Shown: positions 34,366 to 47,949, numbered from the stretch's first letter. The stretch: DNA of 64,000 nucleotides from Trichoplax adhaerens (GCF_000150275.1 NW_002060946.1:615562-679561), one strand, 5' to 3'. Numbers and translations: made by a program. The notes: generated by a model from the letters alone, not told the origin.

Positions 34366-37192
34366 TTAAAATGGTCTCTCTTTCTTGTTCTTCTGGTATT
34401 CTGCAATACGAGGGATCTCAGCCACACGTTTATAGACTGCATAGAGTGAAGGATGTTTAATTGATGAATCTTTCAGTAAAGACTGAACATTGTTTATCAG
34501 GCGGAAAAAGGCCAAATCGGCATAAGTAAACTAGTATTTGAAAGAAAAGTGATAATATTAAATGAAAATAAATCAATAAACCCGTTTATAGTTTCTATTA
34601 CTTTAGCTAAAAGATTATTAACATCGCAATTTAATTTTATCTTGAAAGCGTGATTTATGAATATCATTTTTCTACTGCAAGAACTAAAATCATGATATCA
34701 TGTGCATATAATTGCAATTAATTAGCTACGAAGGACTTTGTCATCTATAATCGTACTATCTAAATAGGAATGCGGTTATATAGTATTTTTATCCATTATC
34801 CTTATATGATTTGTTGTGCATCTTGTAACAAATTAGTGCTGCGCATAAATTAGTTTGCCTAGCTTACAGTGTCACCGCAAAACCAAGGTCCTCCACCATT
34901 TTTCTCGAATGTCTCTTCGAGCTGCTTAAAGAAAGGGATTAACTTTTCTTTTATGAATTCTTCACCCTTAATTTTCTAGAATATCCGAACTGTGTCATTA
35001 ATAATAACATTCTTTCGCCAATTATATATCAAATCCTAGCATCAAAATGGTATTAAATAGATAGAAACCATTTATCAGTATACCTACCCTTTTCTCAGGG
35101 TCCGGTTCAAGAAAGGGCACACGAAAGGAATAAGTTTTGTCCACTATGTCTTGCGCGAAGGCATCAGTATACATATCAGCTTTAGCTCGTTCTAGACTGG
35201 TTCTACCGTCAATTCCTGAGATGTTCCACAATTTATTAGTTCAAGTGTAATACAAAAAGAAAATTACCAATTCAAACCGATTAAATAGCCCAAATAGAGC
35301 TACAGTCGAATAACTGAAAATTAAAAGTTTACGATCTATACTACATATTTACGTACCTGCAACACGAGCAAGATAGCGAACAATAGTACTACTCTGAGCG
35401 AGTTGTTTGCCATCTATCTCCAATACTGGAAGGGTCTGGAAGGGAAATTTCCCTATGAATTAAAGAAGTTAAGGGATATAACTTAGTTAAGAGATTAGTC
35501 AATGTCATTAGTACCTTCTAGGTAGATTATGCGTTAAATTTAGTTATTGTAATGCAGAAAACTCTATTTCTTCTATACTGTACAGTATACTATTTTAGAG
35601 TCGGTATCATTTATCGCTGAGTTCATACATAGTAATAAGTAAGCATTGCATATCAAATAATAATTTCATTTCTGGAAATGCTACAATAATTGAAGAAATA
35701 CTTATGCATAGACAGTTTAAATATGTGTGTCATTGGATCTTATTAGCACTCATCTTTAGATTGCAAACTTTGCAAGAGTTTTTATTAATACAAGACATTG
35801 TATAATCCAAGTGTCGTGAATACTCTTGATAGTATACTCTACATACTGTAGCATGCTGCAAAGTTTCGTGAAATCTCAATTTCTTACTCCGAAATCCGAT
35901 CTAAAAATTCTCGAAAAATCTGAATATTGACCTTGTACTGAATACAGTGAGAATCCAAGTACAACATATTATGCATTGAACATGTCAATTAAGAATCACA
36001 CGAAAGTAAGAAAAAGTCAACTACGAGCACGGATCCTTGATCTGATAAGCATACAGTATTACTGGATTATTTACTAATGTAGCGAATAGCAACGTCTACA
36101 CAAGGTTAGGAAAACGTCCGTTTAGGTCGATACAATCTTGACTTATTACCAAATCTTTAATCTATAACTACACTTATCTACTGTATCGGCATTGTACATA
36201 TTATGTTGTATATTTTCAACATCGTAATAGCAGTTAAAAATAGAGTACACTCATGACAAATAGCTTAAAAAATTCTCCATTAACCGTAAAACCCTAACTA
36301 CTACAAAATGAAGAGTTCTATATGCCTACAGAATCAATGATACATTATAAATCAGGCGAGAATACATCTATTATAGCAATAGTGTGCTAACTCTATCGGT
36401 GTAGAAGTTATCTGTTGAATCGGATAGCTACTTTACCCTGAAAATTATCGTACAAGATAAATGTAGAACTACGCACAAAACAAACGTATGAAAGTAGTAT
36501 CAATTTAGTATACTGCATCGGAGTTAAGTGTCGCTCCGAACTTCGACTTAACAATGTCAGCAGAGATGATCTAATGCTGTGCATTGAGTATATACATTTG
36601 TAATATTAAAATCTAGTAAATGCAGATATATTGATATTAGCTATAATGCTAAATACTGATCAGCTGATGAAATTTTTATATTGTAGATATCCACTATGCA
36701 ATAAAAAAGTTCTATATCTGTATATAGTACCGGTACCGACGGTACGACTTCATCTACAGTTCTGTACGCTACTGTGTCATATATTTTCAACATCAGTTGA
36801 AATTAATTAGTTTATTTATCATCAACTCGGAAATTATCCGTCTCAATAAGCTACTACCTTATTTAAAACTAAGCATAAGCCTTCTATGTCAACCATAATT
36901 GGTCAATTAGACAAAAATCATCTAGACTGTACGCTAGTAAAGATCCTTTACTATTTATAAAGTACGCTGGATGCGTTTGCTAAAAATTAGAATCTGATGA
37001 TGGATAGATGAAATTGACACTAGACATCATTCTGATACTAATGAAAACTTGAAAATTCTCACCTTTAACACTGGGCCATTCCTCGAACGAATAGACAACA
37101 TCCTTAAATTCGATTCCCCCATAAGCAAAAATGAGCCTGATAAGTTCGGCTCTAGCATCCACATCAAAATAATGTAAAGTATAGCTCGACAT
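34366..37192 (-). CDS. Glutathione S-transferase, sigma-like (copy B), 5 exons
   Basis: Exons 37192-37063 ([20 protein letters not shown]), 35452-35357 ([21 protein letters not shown]), ~35216-35088, ~34975-34868 ([10 protein letters not shown]) and ~34530-34366 ([11 protein letters not shown]...KNKKERPF*). Intron positions match the other copies. Confidence 0.9.
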
Positions 37193-38085
37193 TGCTGGAC
37201 TGAGAAAAGAGGCGTAGGCTTTGATCGGCTGTATGATACTGTTTCCTAATATTCGGATCGATCAGCTAAATAGTTACTGTTAATATTACGATTTCATTTC
37301 CAGTACTGGAAGGATGACAATGAAATTATTATAATTTATATTATTAACATGTGATAGCCTATTCAATTCGTGCAGTAGAATTAACATACTCAAGTAGGAG
37401 AAAAAGATCCAGCTTGTGTTAACTCTACCCAACGTAGTACTATATCAAGCGATGAACATTTATTTAGCTCAAGACATTGTTATACGAAGTTCAGCCCATT
37501 ATACTTTTGCTTTTTGTACTCGTAAGGGCAGTGGAGATGACGAGGATTTATTAACAATAAATAAAAATTGCCTTGTCATGGTGGAAAACAAATAAAGCCC
37601 ATACAATTAAGGATAGGATAGCAAGAGAGAGAAAACAAAAGGATAGGGATAATTTAATAATTAATTATATTAACACATAACACAGACGTCCAGACATTTT
37701 CAGCTGGGTTAAACTGCCATGATAATAACGACTTTAACACCATCAGTCACTACTGTAACAAACAGCATAGTCACGATAGTGTCAACTTCACTGATACTGC
37801 CTATAGTATGATACTGGAATGGACACACTATTAGACTTGCATCGACGGCGTTACCCAGGTAACCAACTTTTCACATCATGGTTACCGATACAGAAGCATC
37901 GGAAAATTTTCTTCATACACCACACCTCCATACTGCTGCATTGTAGACACAAACGCTGATTAAACCACTGTACTGGACTATTTAAAGGGGGAAAAAGCGA
38001 TATCACATTACACTTTACAGTAGCTACCAGCAGCGGTGAGTTATTACTGGATTAGTGGACTACCCCAATTTTTTCCATCTGCAAC
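37193..38085. promoter_or_regulatory. Putative bidirectional promoter between head-to-head GST B and GST C
   Basis: The divergent ATGs are 893 bp apart. TATA-like TATTTAAAG at 37979, X-box-like GTTACCCAGGTAAC at 37850-37863, ARE-like GTGACTATGC (minus strand) at 37765-37774. Confidence 0.55.
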
Positions 38086-39663
38086 ATGCCGAGCTATACT
38101 TTACATTATTTTGATTTTGATGCAAGAGCTGAACTGATCAGGCTCATCTTTGCATATGCTGGAATCGAATATAAAGAAATTAATTATGATTTCCAGGAAT
38201 GGCCCACTATTAGAGGTATAAGTGATACTAATTACTGTACGTGTAATGATTGGAAAATTTTCGTCCAATTTTTTCACTTCGCCCACCCATAGAGATAGAC
38301 GATATTTACCAATCATAGCTACATTATATAAACTCAACCATTTTCTTGATACTAATTCAACTATATTATAACAAATCTACACTCGGTATTTTATATTAAT
38401 TAAAATCGATATCTTTCAATCTAGAAAAATTCCCCTACCAAACTATGCCTGTTTTAGAGATCGATGGCAAGCAACTTGCTCAGAGTGGTGCTATCACTCG
38501 ATACCTCGCTCGTGTTGCTGGTGAGTTAAGAACACAGTTCTCCATGAGAAGAATCAAGATCGATTTTTTAATATTTTGAATAACAACGAATCTACGATTG
38601 GAAGAATGTATATTGTACAATAAATTTAGTAATCTTGCAACTTTAGAGAGCATGCAAATTTTTTTAATTTTAAAATTAAAACTGACATCAACCGTACTTT
38701 ACGCCTATACCGTCTATACGCATACAGTATCATAATGCTAAAACTATTCTCGCGATTTATAGGAATCGACGGTAAGAACAGTACAGAAAAAGCAAGAGCT
38801 GACATGTATTCAGAAACCTTTATTCAAGAAATCATAGAAAAGTCTTATTCATTCCGTATTCCTTTGATTGAGCCTGATGAGGAGAAAAGGGTAAAAAGAC
38901 ATATCACTAAATTCTATGTGACAGCTTCTTTAAACGCTGAAGTTGTGTGTTTCCCAATAGCATCTCGCGATATTGCTGAGATTGACTTGATAGAATACGA
39001 TGCAATTAAACAAAATATCAAAAAAATATCTCCATATTTATATCTTAAACTACTTAGAAAGAAATAGCTCAGGAATTTCTGAAAGATAAATTGACTCCAT
39101 TTTTCGATCGACTCGAAGAGCAATTCAAGAAGAATGGTGGTGGCCCCTGGTTTTGTGGCGAAACGGTAAGTTATGAAATAAATGGAATCGTCTAAAATGT
39201 AGTACATATCGATAAAAGTAAAGGTTATGTGTTATGTTCATTTTTGCAATTACTCCAATATACAATACTAAAGAAGTAATTTATAAAATTTTTATTAATT
39301 AATAATGTAACGTCTGTAGCCCATACTTCTAATTAGCGTTGAGAACATGGTAACGTACAGCATATATTTTAATTTCAAATTAATGTTGTTAAGTATTTGG
39401 ATCTCCAATATATAAAAGAGTTCATTTTTGACAACGTATTGGAATACTTGATAGCAGAGCTTAATCATTTCCTATTTCTGTTACGTCTCTGCGAACAGTT
39501 TACCTTTGCAGACTTGTCCTATTTCCGCATGATAAACAACGTAATGGATTTGGTAATGAAAGTTGAAACTCCACATCCTGAAATTCGTGCTGTCTACGAA
39601 CGCGTAGCCAAGCTTCCACGCATTGCTGATTATCAGAAAAATAAGAAACAACGACCATTTTAA
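38086..39663 (+). CDS. Glutathione S-transferase, sigma-like (copy C), 5 exons
   Basis: Exons ~38086-38215 ([20 protein letters not shown]), ~38425-38521 ([21 protein letters not shown]), ~38763-38890, ~39058-39165 and ~39499-39663 (FTFADLSYFRM...KKQRPF*). Confidence 0.9.
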
Positions 39664-41970
39664 GCATTTTTTAACAATATTTCTAGAATATAGTATATAG
39701 CCGAAGTTAAGACCCTTTGAAAATATTAGACATCAGTAGCGATTTGTCAAACTCGGTACGCAATGAAATTATTTCATCTCTTTTTCTATCATAGGTAGAA
39801 TAGAGGCTATTATTTTATGCATTCCTTAAGTAAATCTATGAATAGATTTACACTGTTTTCACTTTTGACTTTGAAACTGTAGCATGTAAGGAATTTATTT
39901 CACACCGGTCATATTAGCTATTTTGTATGTACCGTGTTTTATATCACATAGCTAATCAGATTGAAACTGATCTAGAGTATGTGATTAAATAAACAAGTCC
40001 ATTACCAAATGCTAGTGATCAAAATTGTTTATGGCTTTATATCGTCCGACATAATTGTATTTGATTAATTAGCTTATTAACGTACTTTACATTACAGTAG
40101 GATAAAGCCAATTTTAACCAAATCGCGGGTTCAAAAGTAGCTATCATTCTCTCAAAGTACATCCATAAGTACTGCGCAGTTCGACTAATTATTAATCATC
40201 CTATAGTTTATTCAGTTTGTTGGAAGGTAAAAAATTTCATTCCTAGTCATCATACTAGAGCCTACTTTAGGGTATAAAGGTTGTTCTATATCACAATTTG
40301 TAGGTAATTTAAAGAATCTCAGTAGTGTTTACTATCCAGCCTATGATAATTAATTAATGCAGTCGGCATCTTTTCTACCATCATTCGTATCTAGCGGTAT
40401 CTCTGAATAAGTAATTTATCACTGTCAATATACAGTCTTAAACTACCTATATTCATATTTACTTACAGTCAGTTGTTGACATATAATAAGCTCATCAGAT
40501 ACGTAAATACTATGAATTCAATTAAATGCAATCGCTTGGCATATAATTTTCCATCGATTCAATGTACACTACAGTACTATACGTTTACAAACACGAGTAC
40601 AATATATCTGTAAATTAATCTTTGAACTGCATAAACACCTAATTCATTAAGTGCAAGAGTAAATTCGATTTAATTTTATTTTAGCATCCGCTAGATTAAA
40701 ATATTGATCACTAAAACATTTCCACTTTAGCGGTTTATGATTAAATTACCATCGTTCATTAATTACTAATAGGGCGGAATACTGTAGCAATCAGCTAAAA
40801 ATCACACGCAAAGGATTAAAGGAGTAATACAGTTGCTAGGATATATGCAAGACATGACTTCTATATATAGTACTATAGGATAACCATAGTATTAACTATG
40901 CAAATTTCAAGGAGGTAATCAAAGGAATCAATCAATAAATAAGCCTTATACGTATACGAGATGTATAAGCTTCATCGCAAAGGCAAGTATGCAGCAATAC
41001 AGCATGTAGGTCAGCTAAACTAGTAAATAGGTAAAGTACAGTAAACGATTACTGGGTTTAATAATTACATAATCAATAATTCTTCAAAGACGTACAATAG
41101 GTTTAAACGAAGGAGGTAAAGAGGTGGAGCTCCCGCTTACCAGGCCATTTGATCGATCGAATAGCACTGTTATTGTTATACGGCACTACATATTATTATT
41201 CTACCGGCAATATTTAATCTTAATTCAGCCAGTCATTAGAGGAAAAACGAAAAGAATTTAACAATTACTCGTCCTCAAACTCAATTACCAGCACAGTGCT
41301 GTACTCTCCGTAAGTCTGTCATCGGTAGCTAAGCGGTAGAGTAACCGGCAAACTAAGTGCTCTCGTACAACATCGAAGGTTGCAAAGGTTGAGCAGCAGA
41401 GCTACCTCTTACCAAGCAATTTCAGCAAGGTTGACAAGACCTAATCCTAGCCCAATACAATCGGGAGAGAAAAAATTAAAGAAAATTCAGGAATTACTTG
41501 TCCCTAGATTCTACTTTTATCGCTTCGTCGACTACAGCAGCTCATAATGCAATTAACTACCGTACACTGCTGCTTGAAACAAATGTACAATATTGTACAT
41601 ACAGAAGTGGAGCTTTCTCTTACCAGGCAATCTGATAGTTCACCATAGTAATGACGGTACTGTAGTTAAAAGTAATACTATCCAATCCATGTTTACCTCA
41701 TCAATCACCATCAGACAACTCAGTGACTAGATTTCATCTTATTTGAAATTTCAATGTAGTCGCGAAAGAACATAAAAGCCATTCAACCCTTGCCCGTCAG
41801 CAGATTCAACCAGCAAGTCTATCGATGGTACTGCTATAATTAATAAATTAATTAATTAATTCATAATAATAAAATAATAATAGGGTATAGGCAGCGTATT
41901 TCTGCTACGTCATTATTGACAGATTATTATAAAAGTGCCCCAGCCCAGCCCGCAAGGCTAATAATTTACA

Positions 41971-41992
41971 TATATATATATATATATATATA
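41971..41992. repeat. (TA)11 microsatellite
   Basis: Read directly from the sequence. Confidence 0.9.
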
Positions 41993-43852
41993 CTGTACAG
42001 TACAGTATAAGGACTACACTGCAATGTTCCTAAAATTGTTATTTTTTGTATAGTACTATACAGTAAACCTACAGTAGTGGTCAAAATCGACTAAAAAGAA
42101 TAAAGGTTTTTAACAATACCAGAAAATAAAACTTAAACTTAAAAGGGCAGTCAATGAGCTTGCAGTTATGTTGGCCACATGCCCAGAAATAGACATGTAA
42201 AGTAGTGATATACATTATACAGTAAATGAGGCATATCCACGCAGCTAAATACTGCTTTTAATACGGAAAAATTGAAATAGGGCCTACTGAAACAGCATTA
42301 ATACCGATAATACGTAATTACAGTATATCACCGTAGTTAATAGTTAACAACTGCTTACTGTATTCATGACAATTGAATACGAGACAAGGCTGTGTCGAAC
42401 TAATTAGAACTTGATTCAGCAAAAATTGAATCAATAAAACCCATCTATCGCTACGGGAAGATCGAGACTGACAGAGTACATGTATGAACTTGTGAAAAAA
42501 GTACAATCAAGGGACAAGCTGTTGAATTAAGTTAAGTTAATTAATTCCTTAAATGTACAATACAGTACAATAAATGATCGAAAAACTTGACGGTGGGTAC
42601 TAAACTACTAGAACTGCAATTGGCATTCGATATCTGCCGAATTGACATGCTGCACTGCAAGTTTATAAGTATGGCAGTAGGGCACTTTGCATCGTATTCC
42701 AGGCCTTGGTGCAGTTCCTAACCAATCGCAATGTGTATCATCTGCTAAGACTAATTTCAAGACAAACCCAGGACAGTTCCTTTCCTTCTCTCAGCCACAA
42801 CCGATAATAATCGATCAGAAGAAATTAAATTAAAAATATGGTAATATAGATAGTAAATAGATAAATAAATAAATACGCATACTAACAAGCGTGGCGATAC
42901 AGGCGAGAAAAATGATATGATTTCTGCGGAACCAATCGTTAGCAAGTATCTCAATCGTAATTACAAGGGCCGCCATTGATGAAATTGCTGTTGATGGATC
43001 ACGTGCCATGACTCATGGAAGTAATAAGTTACTAATAGCAGATTATCCATTATTCACCTGAACAAAATCCCACCCACCCACCCTTTGAAACGAGCAGCGC
43101 GGGGGTATTTATACTTCTGTTTTTATAAGACTGAGTTTTAAAATAGTATTCGTTATATCGCTAAGGTGGCCACTGGGCCTTTAAATTTTGATTTGATGTA
43201 TACTCAGATGAAAATGGAATAAACATAGAATCTTTATAGAGTTTTCTACACAGCCATTTTGACTGTTATATTTTCTTATAACGGTTGTTTTCGACAGAGC
43301 AAGCTTTGCTTGCATACACACACATGCGATCCTTAGACACATTATAATGATTGGTATCGAATTGATCACAGCACTGAGGACATTATACCGCACTGTACTG
43401 TACAGTAGATATCTTTTTACAGTACCTGCTAATCTTAACTTGGTATGTCCATCACCGTACATTAGTTATCATAATGTGCTTTGCACCATTAACTAATCTT
43501 AATATAGCATTTCATCCATGAATGCATTATTGAAAAGTAGTATTCTACAAGCATAGCTGTGAATATAGTAGTGCCTGGCTATTACCGGGATATGTACAGT
43601 ATAATGTCGAATGGTAATACTATCTGTTAATTATTAACAAATGGGTACATTATCGTAAACCGTCAGCAAAGCGACGTGAGTTCGTACAGTACTGTACTAG
43701 TAATAATAATAGAGCCGTAAAAATGAATCTTGAATACAAGTTAATATCGAGAAGTCAAGGCTATATAAAGGCAAGGGCTCGCTTCCAATCGATCTCAAGC
43801 CCGATTGCTTGCAATCTTGGAGACTTCATCAACAACCATTTCTGACTTCATT

Positions 43853-45308
43853 ATGACTAACTATAAGCTCTACTATTTCAACTTAGATGCCAGAGCAGAA
43901 TTAATCAGACTTTTGTTTGCTTATGGTGGCATCAAGTACGAAGATATACGTTACAGCTTTGACGAATGGCCAAAAGTTAAAGAAAGTGGTGAGTTTGGCG
44001 GAGCTTTCGACTTTTTCTGTACTGTATTTTTATCCGTTCTATTCTGGAAAGTGATACTATAGCGATGAGTTTTTTTAATTTATGGTTCAATACATACTTT
44101 GCAAATGAGCTTAAATTAAAAATCAAAATATTAAGCCATAGCATTCATGAAATTATTTTTTAGGTCCATTCCCCTTTAAGCAAATGCCCGTTCTTGAAGT
44201 GGATGGGAAACCAATCTGTCAAAGCAATGCCATTTGCCGACATTTAGCTCGAGTTATCGGTAGGTACAACGAATATGACTGATCTAGCCGAACACTTTTT
44301 TCGAGCTAGTCTATTGCAGTCTACTCACTCTACTGTCGGATAATCTTGAACGATGCTATCAAATTTGCACACATCATACTATACAAATTCTGTGAATTTA
44401 CGATTCGGGTCGTCAACACTGCTGCTGCATAACATACATTAAAGTCATTAGATGGACATACTCATTTTTAGTTTATTGGCTTACTTTGCAGGCATTGACG
44501 GTAAAAACGAGACTGAGAAAGTACTCATTGACATGGTTGCTGATAGTTGCACCTATGAGATTGTCGAAAAGGCCTACGATCACCGTGCACCTTTTGCGGA
44601 ACCCGATGAAAACAAGAGAGTAAGCATTTATTTACCGGATAGCCTCCTGCAATCATGTATCTGCTCTGGTGATCTACAGTACTTTTCTCTATAATACTTG
44701 ATTAAGTATCGATGGATTACCATTGTTAAAATTAGGCTAGCGCCATCTAGTCACGATTGAATATTAAATTACATTCTATGGAGAATTTATTCTTCTACCA
44801 GTGGCTCATATTGATAGTTTCGTTTATAATAGCTTCGGATTAACCCCTGCTATGCTATGTCGATAGGTTGAAAAGGGAAAAGTCTTCCGTGACGCGAAGT
44901 TAGAGCCGTTCTTGATTAATCTCGACAACTTATACCAGAAAATTGGAGGCAAATACTTTGTCAGTGATGAGGTATGTCTCTCGAAATTATTAAAGAAAAT
45001 ATGAAATAATTGTAATTTTCTCCCTTACCTTATCATTTATATATATGTATATTTATACGGTACTGTAGTGTAGGTGTGTATTCTCTACTGCAAATCATTG
45101 ATCCTCACTCTATCTTATTTATCATTCTTTACTTTAAACTTAGATTACATACGCTGATCTGGCATACTATCGCATGATCAACAACGTCAAACCATTATTG
45201 GCGGATCTTCCTACACCTCATCCAAAGCTTAAGGATCTTTACGCTCGCATTTCTGAAAACGAGAAGCTTAAAGAATGGGAAAAGCACAAAGCCGAAGCAA
45301 TATTCTAA
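43853..45308 (+). CDS. Glutathione S-transferase, sigma-like (copy D), 5 exons
   Basis: TATATAAAG at 43762. Exons ~43853-43988 ([20 protein letters not shown]), ~44164-44260 ([21 protein letters not shown]), ~44492-44619, ~44867-44971 and ~45144-45308 ([11 protein letters not shown]...KAEAIF*). Confidence 0.9.
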
Positions 45309-46376
45309 AGATGAATATAAATTGTCAATCCACTACCTCAGTATTACTTAAATCGTTTGGCCTGTTATACGCGTACAATTAAACTATTCATTTGTACTTC
45401 ATAAAAAATATTATCATGTATCTGTAATAGTCTCGGAACTGTCATCTACTGTATATTTCAAATAAACGAGTATTGACAGGAACTTATTCTCTGTTCCATT
45501 GCTTTGAAATAAGACGATATTAAATATACAGCAGACTATAGGACTATGCAATTATCAATACACTATTCGATATAGCTTCCTACTTTACGTTATATTGCTT
45601 AGCTGGAAAGTACACGTCTCTGGTTAGTACTGTTGATGAAATCAATTTGTACGACGTTATACAATACGCATAGTTTATGAACCTATCTTATAATCCTTGA
45701 AGAGAAATCCCTAGTCTGAGTGTACTGCAGAAGGTATACAATAGTTAACTGTGTTTAATTTTCTGCTAAACAGTATGCTGTTTGTAACCGTCCTACTGAG
45801 ACTGGTATTAATTCATGAAATGTCAGCTTGCAACGATTTACATCATCATAACATCGATTCATCATGCCTTGGATAGGTAAGCTGTTTTTCTGTATGCGCA
45901 TATCTATCACTAAGGTCATTCTTTGTGGCACTTTATAAGGCATTTAATTCCTTCAGCAAACAGATTTGCAAAAAGCTCTGCAGTTCTGTATGGAACAATA
46001 ATCTAGCTTGTGAGAAACTCCTAGCCTCTGAATACATTGCAATACACAGCCTGCGTTAATTTAAGGCCAACTTGAGTACTATACTAGTCGATGTGTGCCG
46101 ATACAGTAAGAGAATATTATGTCGCTATCATAACTATTTGTAATGTTAGTTTGCATACTTTTCATAGCTGTACAGTATAGCAAACTTTTTTAACACGCCA
46201 TTATATATTCTACTGTAAAAATAAATCATCTGATTTTTATGAGTATAGTTTACTTGTCTGATAAAGATGTATACGAGTATTGTATTTTAAATGTTGGATG
46301 AAATGAATCGATGAATGCGTGCTATCTTAAAATTAAGTCATATTAAATAATAGAGTATTCTTATAGTTCCATTCAG

Positions 46377-47949
46377 GTCTTTTTCCTTTCCAGCAAAATG
46401 CCTATCCTTGAAGTAAATGGTAACATAATCTCTCAGAGCACTACGGTTTGTCGCTATTTGGCTCATACTATAGGTAAGCTACGGTATACTGTACGTATCA
46501 TATCTAGTCTAACGCGTATCTGCAATAACAATTATAAGCTCGATGGCCAAGATACCAATCAAGTAAAATCCATATCAATTAGAATTGCACTCTTTACATC
46601 TCGCCTGAAATGCCAAGCATCTTTACATGTATTCATGGATAATGTCACAGTTTGCTCCATTTTAAAGGCATTGACAGCAAGGACAGCTTTCAGAAAACTC
46701 AGATAGATATGATAGCTGAAACATGTACCCGCGACATTGCTGAAAAGTTTTATAATTATCGCTCATCGATGAAAGTACCTGACGAACCGGTGAGGGTGAG
46801 TTATTATAGTTGTTATGTATCGTTAATGGTGCGTGTTTGAAGGATTACACCGAGCACACATCTGTATGTAGCCTCCGCAACATAACTATAACATAATGGA
46901 TAAGGCAAAGATTTAACAGCATAAATGATTTTTAGCCGTTAGAATTCGATGTCTAATGCTTTTTTTTATAACCAATTGCAGTATAGCGAGAATGGAATAT
47001 ATTCTATCTTCATTCAATGATGTCATTATCATCATATCTAATTAATGTTCGCTATTATTTTAGCATCGAATGCTGTCTAAATAACTTATCATACCACGAA
47101 TTATAAATTGCATCATTTTGTTAATTTCCTAATACCTACAAGAATTAATTTGTTTTCACTGTATTCAAATTAAGCTAGCTATCACAATCTTCTCACTATA
47201 CCCACATAACGTAAGAATTAATGAAAAATTAATGTATCAATTAGTATGAAAGATTTACAAGAAAGAATGTTATGGATCTTGTATCTTAATAATTATATTA
47301 GATCACATTTTCGTGGCTTACTGTGTGTTGTACACTTTACCGTACATATCTGGTTTAGACCAATTACTAAGAAATATATAGTCATAGGTAACTACACGAT
47401 GGTATACATCTATATATAATTTATACTTTTTAACTATACTTCTGAAGTATACGTATAGCTTCATATTCTAGTAATCTAAATAATACTTATCAGTCATACT
47501 ACCAATCTATGACAGATAAAAAAGGGCTAGCAATTTCTCAATAGTACTCTAGATCCATTCCTAATTAACTTTACCAATATACATCAGAAAATTGAAGGTA
47601 ATTACATTGTTGGACATGAGGTATTAATGGTATCTCGTTAGCTTAAATTCATATAACTAAAGAGTTACTTCTAATGTCTTTTCATTGTTTACTTAATTGT
47701 TAAGTTACTTTAATAACTAAATACCATTTAATGTGCTATTCATAATTCTTGAATGAAATTAATTTTGCTTTTATTTTTTAGCTAAGCTACGTCGATTTTG
47801 CATACTATTGTATGATGATCACTAATGTCATGCCTGTAATGAACAATTTTTCGACATCATATCCTAAATCATCTGATGTATATACCCGAATTGCCAAAGA
47901 ACCTAAGATTGAAGAATGGGAAAGGACTAAACCGGAAATCAGAATGTAA
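46377..47949 (+). pseudogene. GST pseudogene (copy E), closest to copy D; exons 2-5 only
   Basis: Exon 2 has an extra A (CAG CAA A ATG versus AAG CAA ATG in copy D). Exon 4 has an in-frame TAG at 47528-47530, where copy D has AAA. No YFxxDARAE exon 1 was found between 45308 and 46377. Exons 3 and 5 are intact, ending KPEIRM*. Confidence 0.8.

Noticed and set aside
41136-41145. CTTACCAGGC resembling the U1 snRNA 5' end
   Set aside because: It mismatches ACTTACCTGG and has no downstream U1 stem-loops or Sm site.
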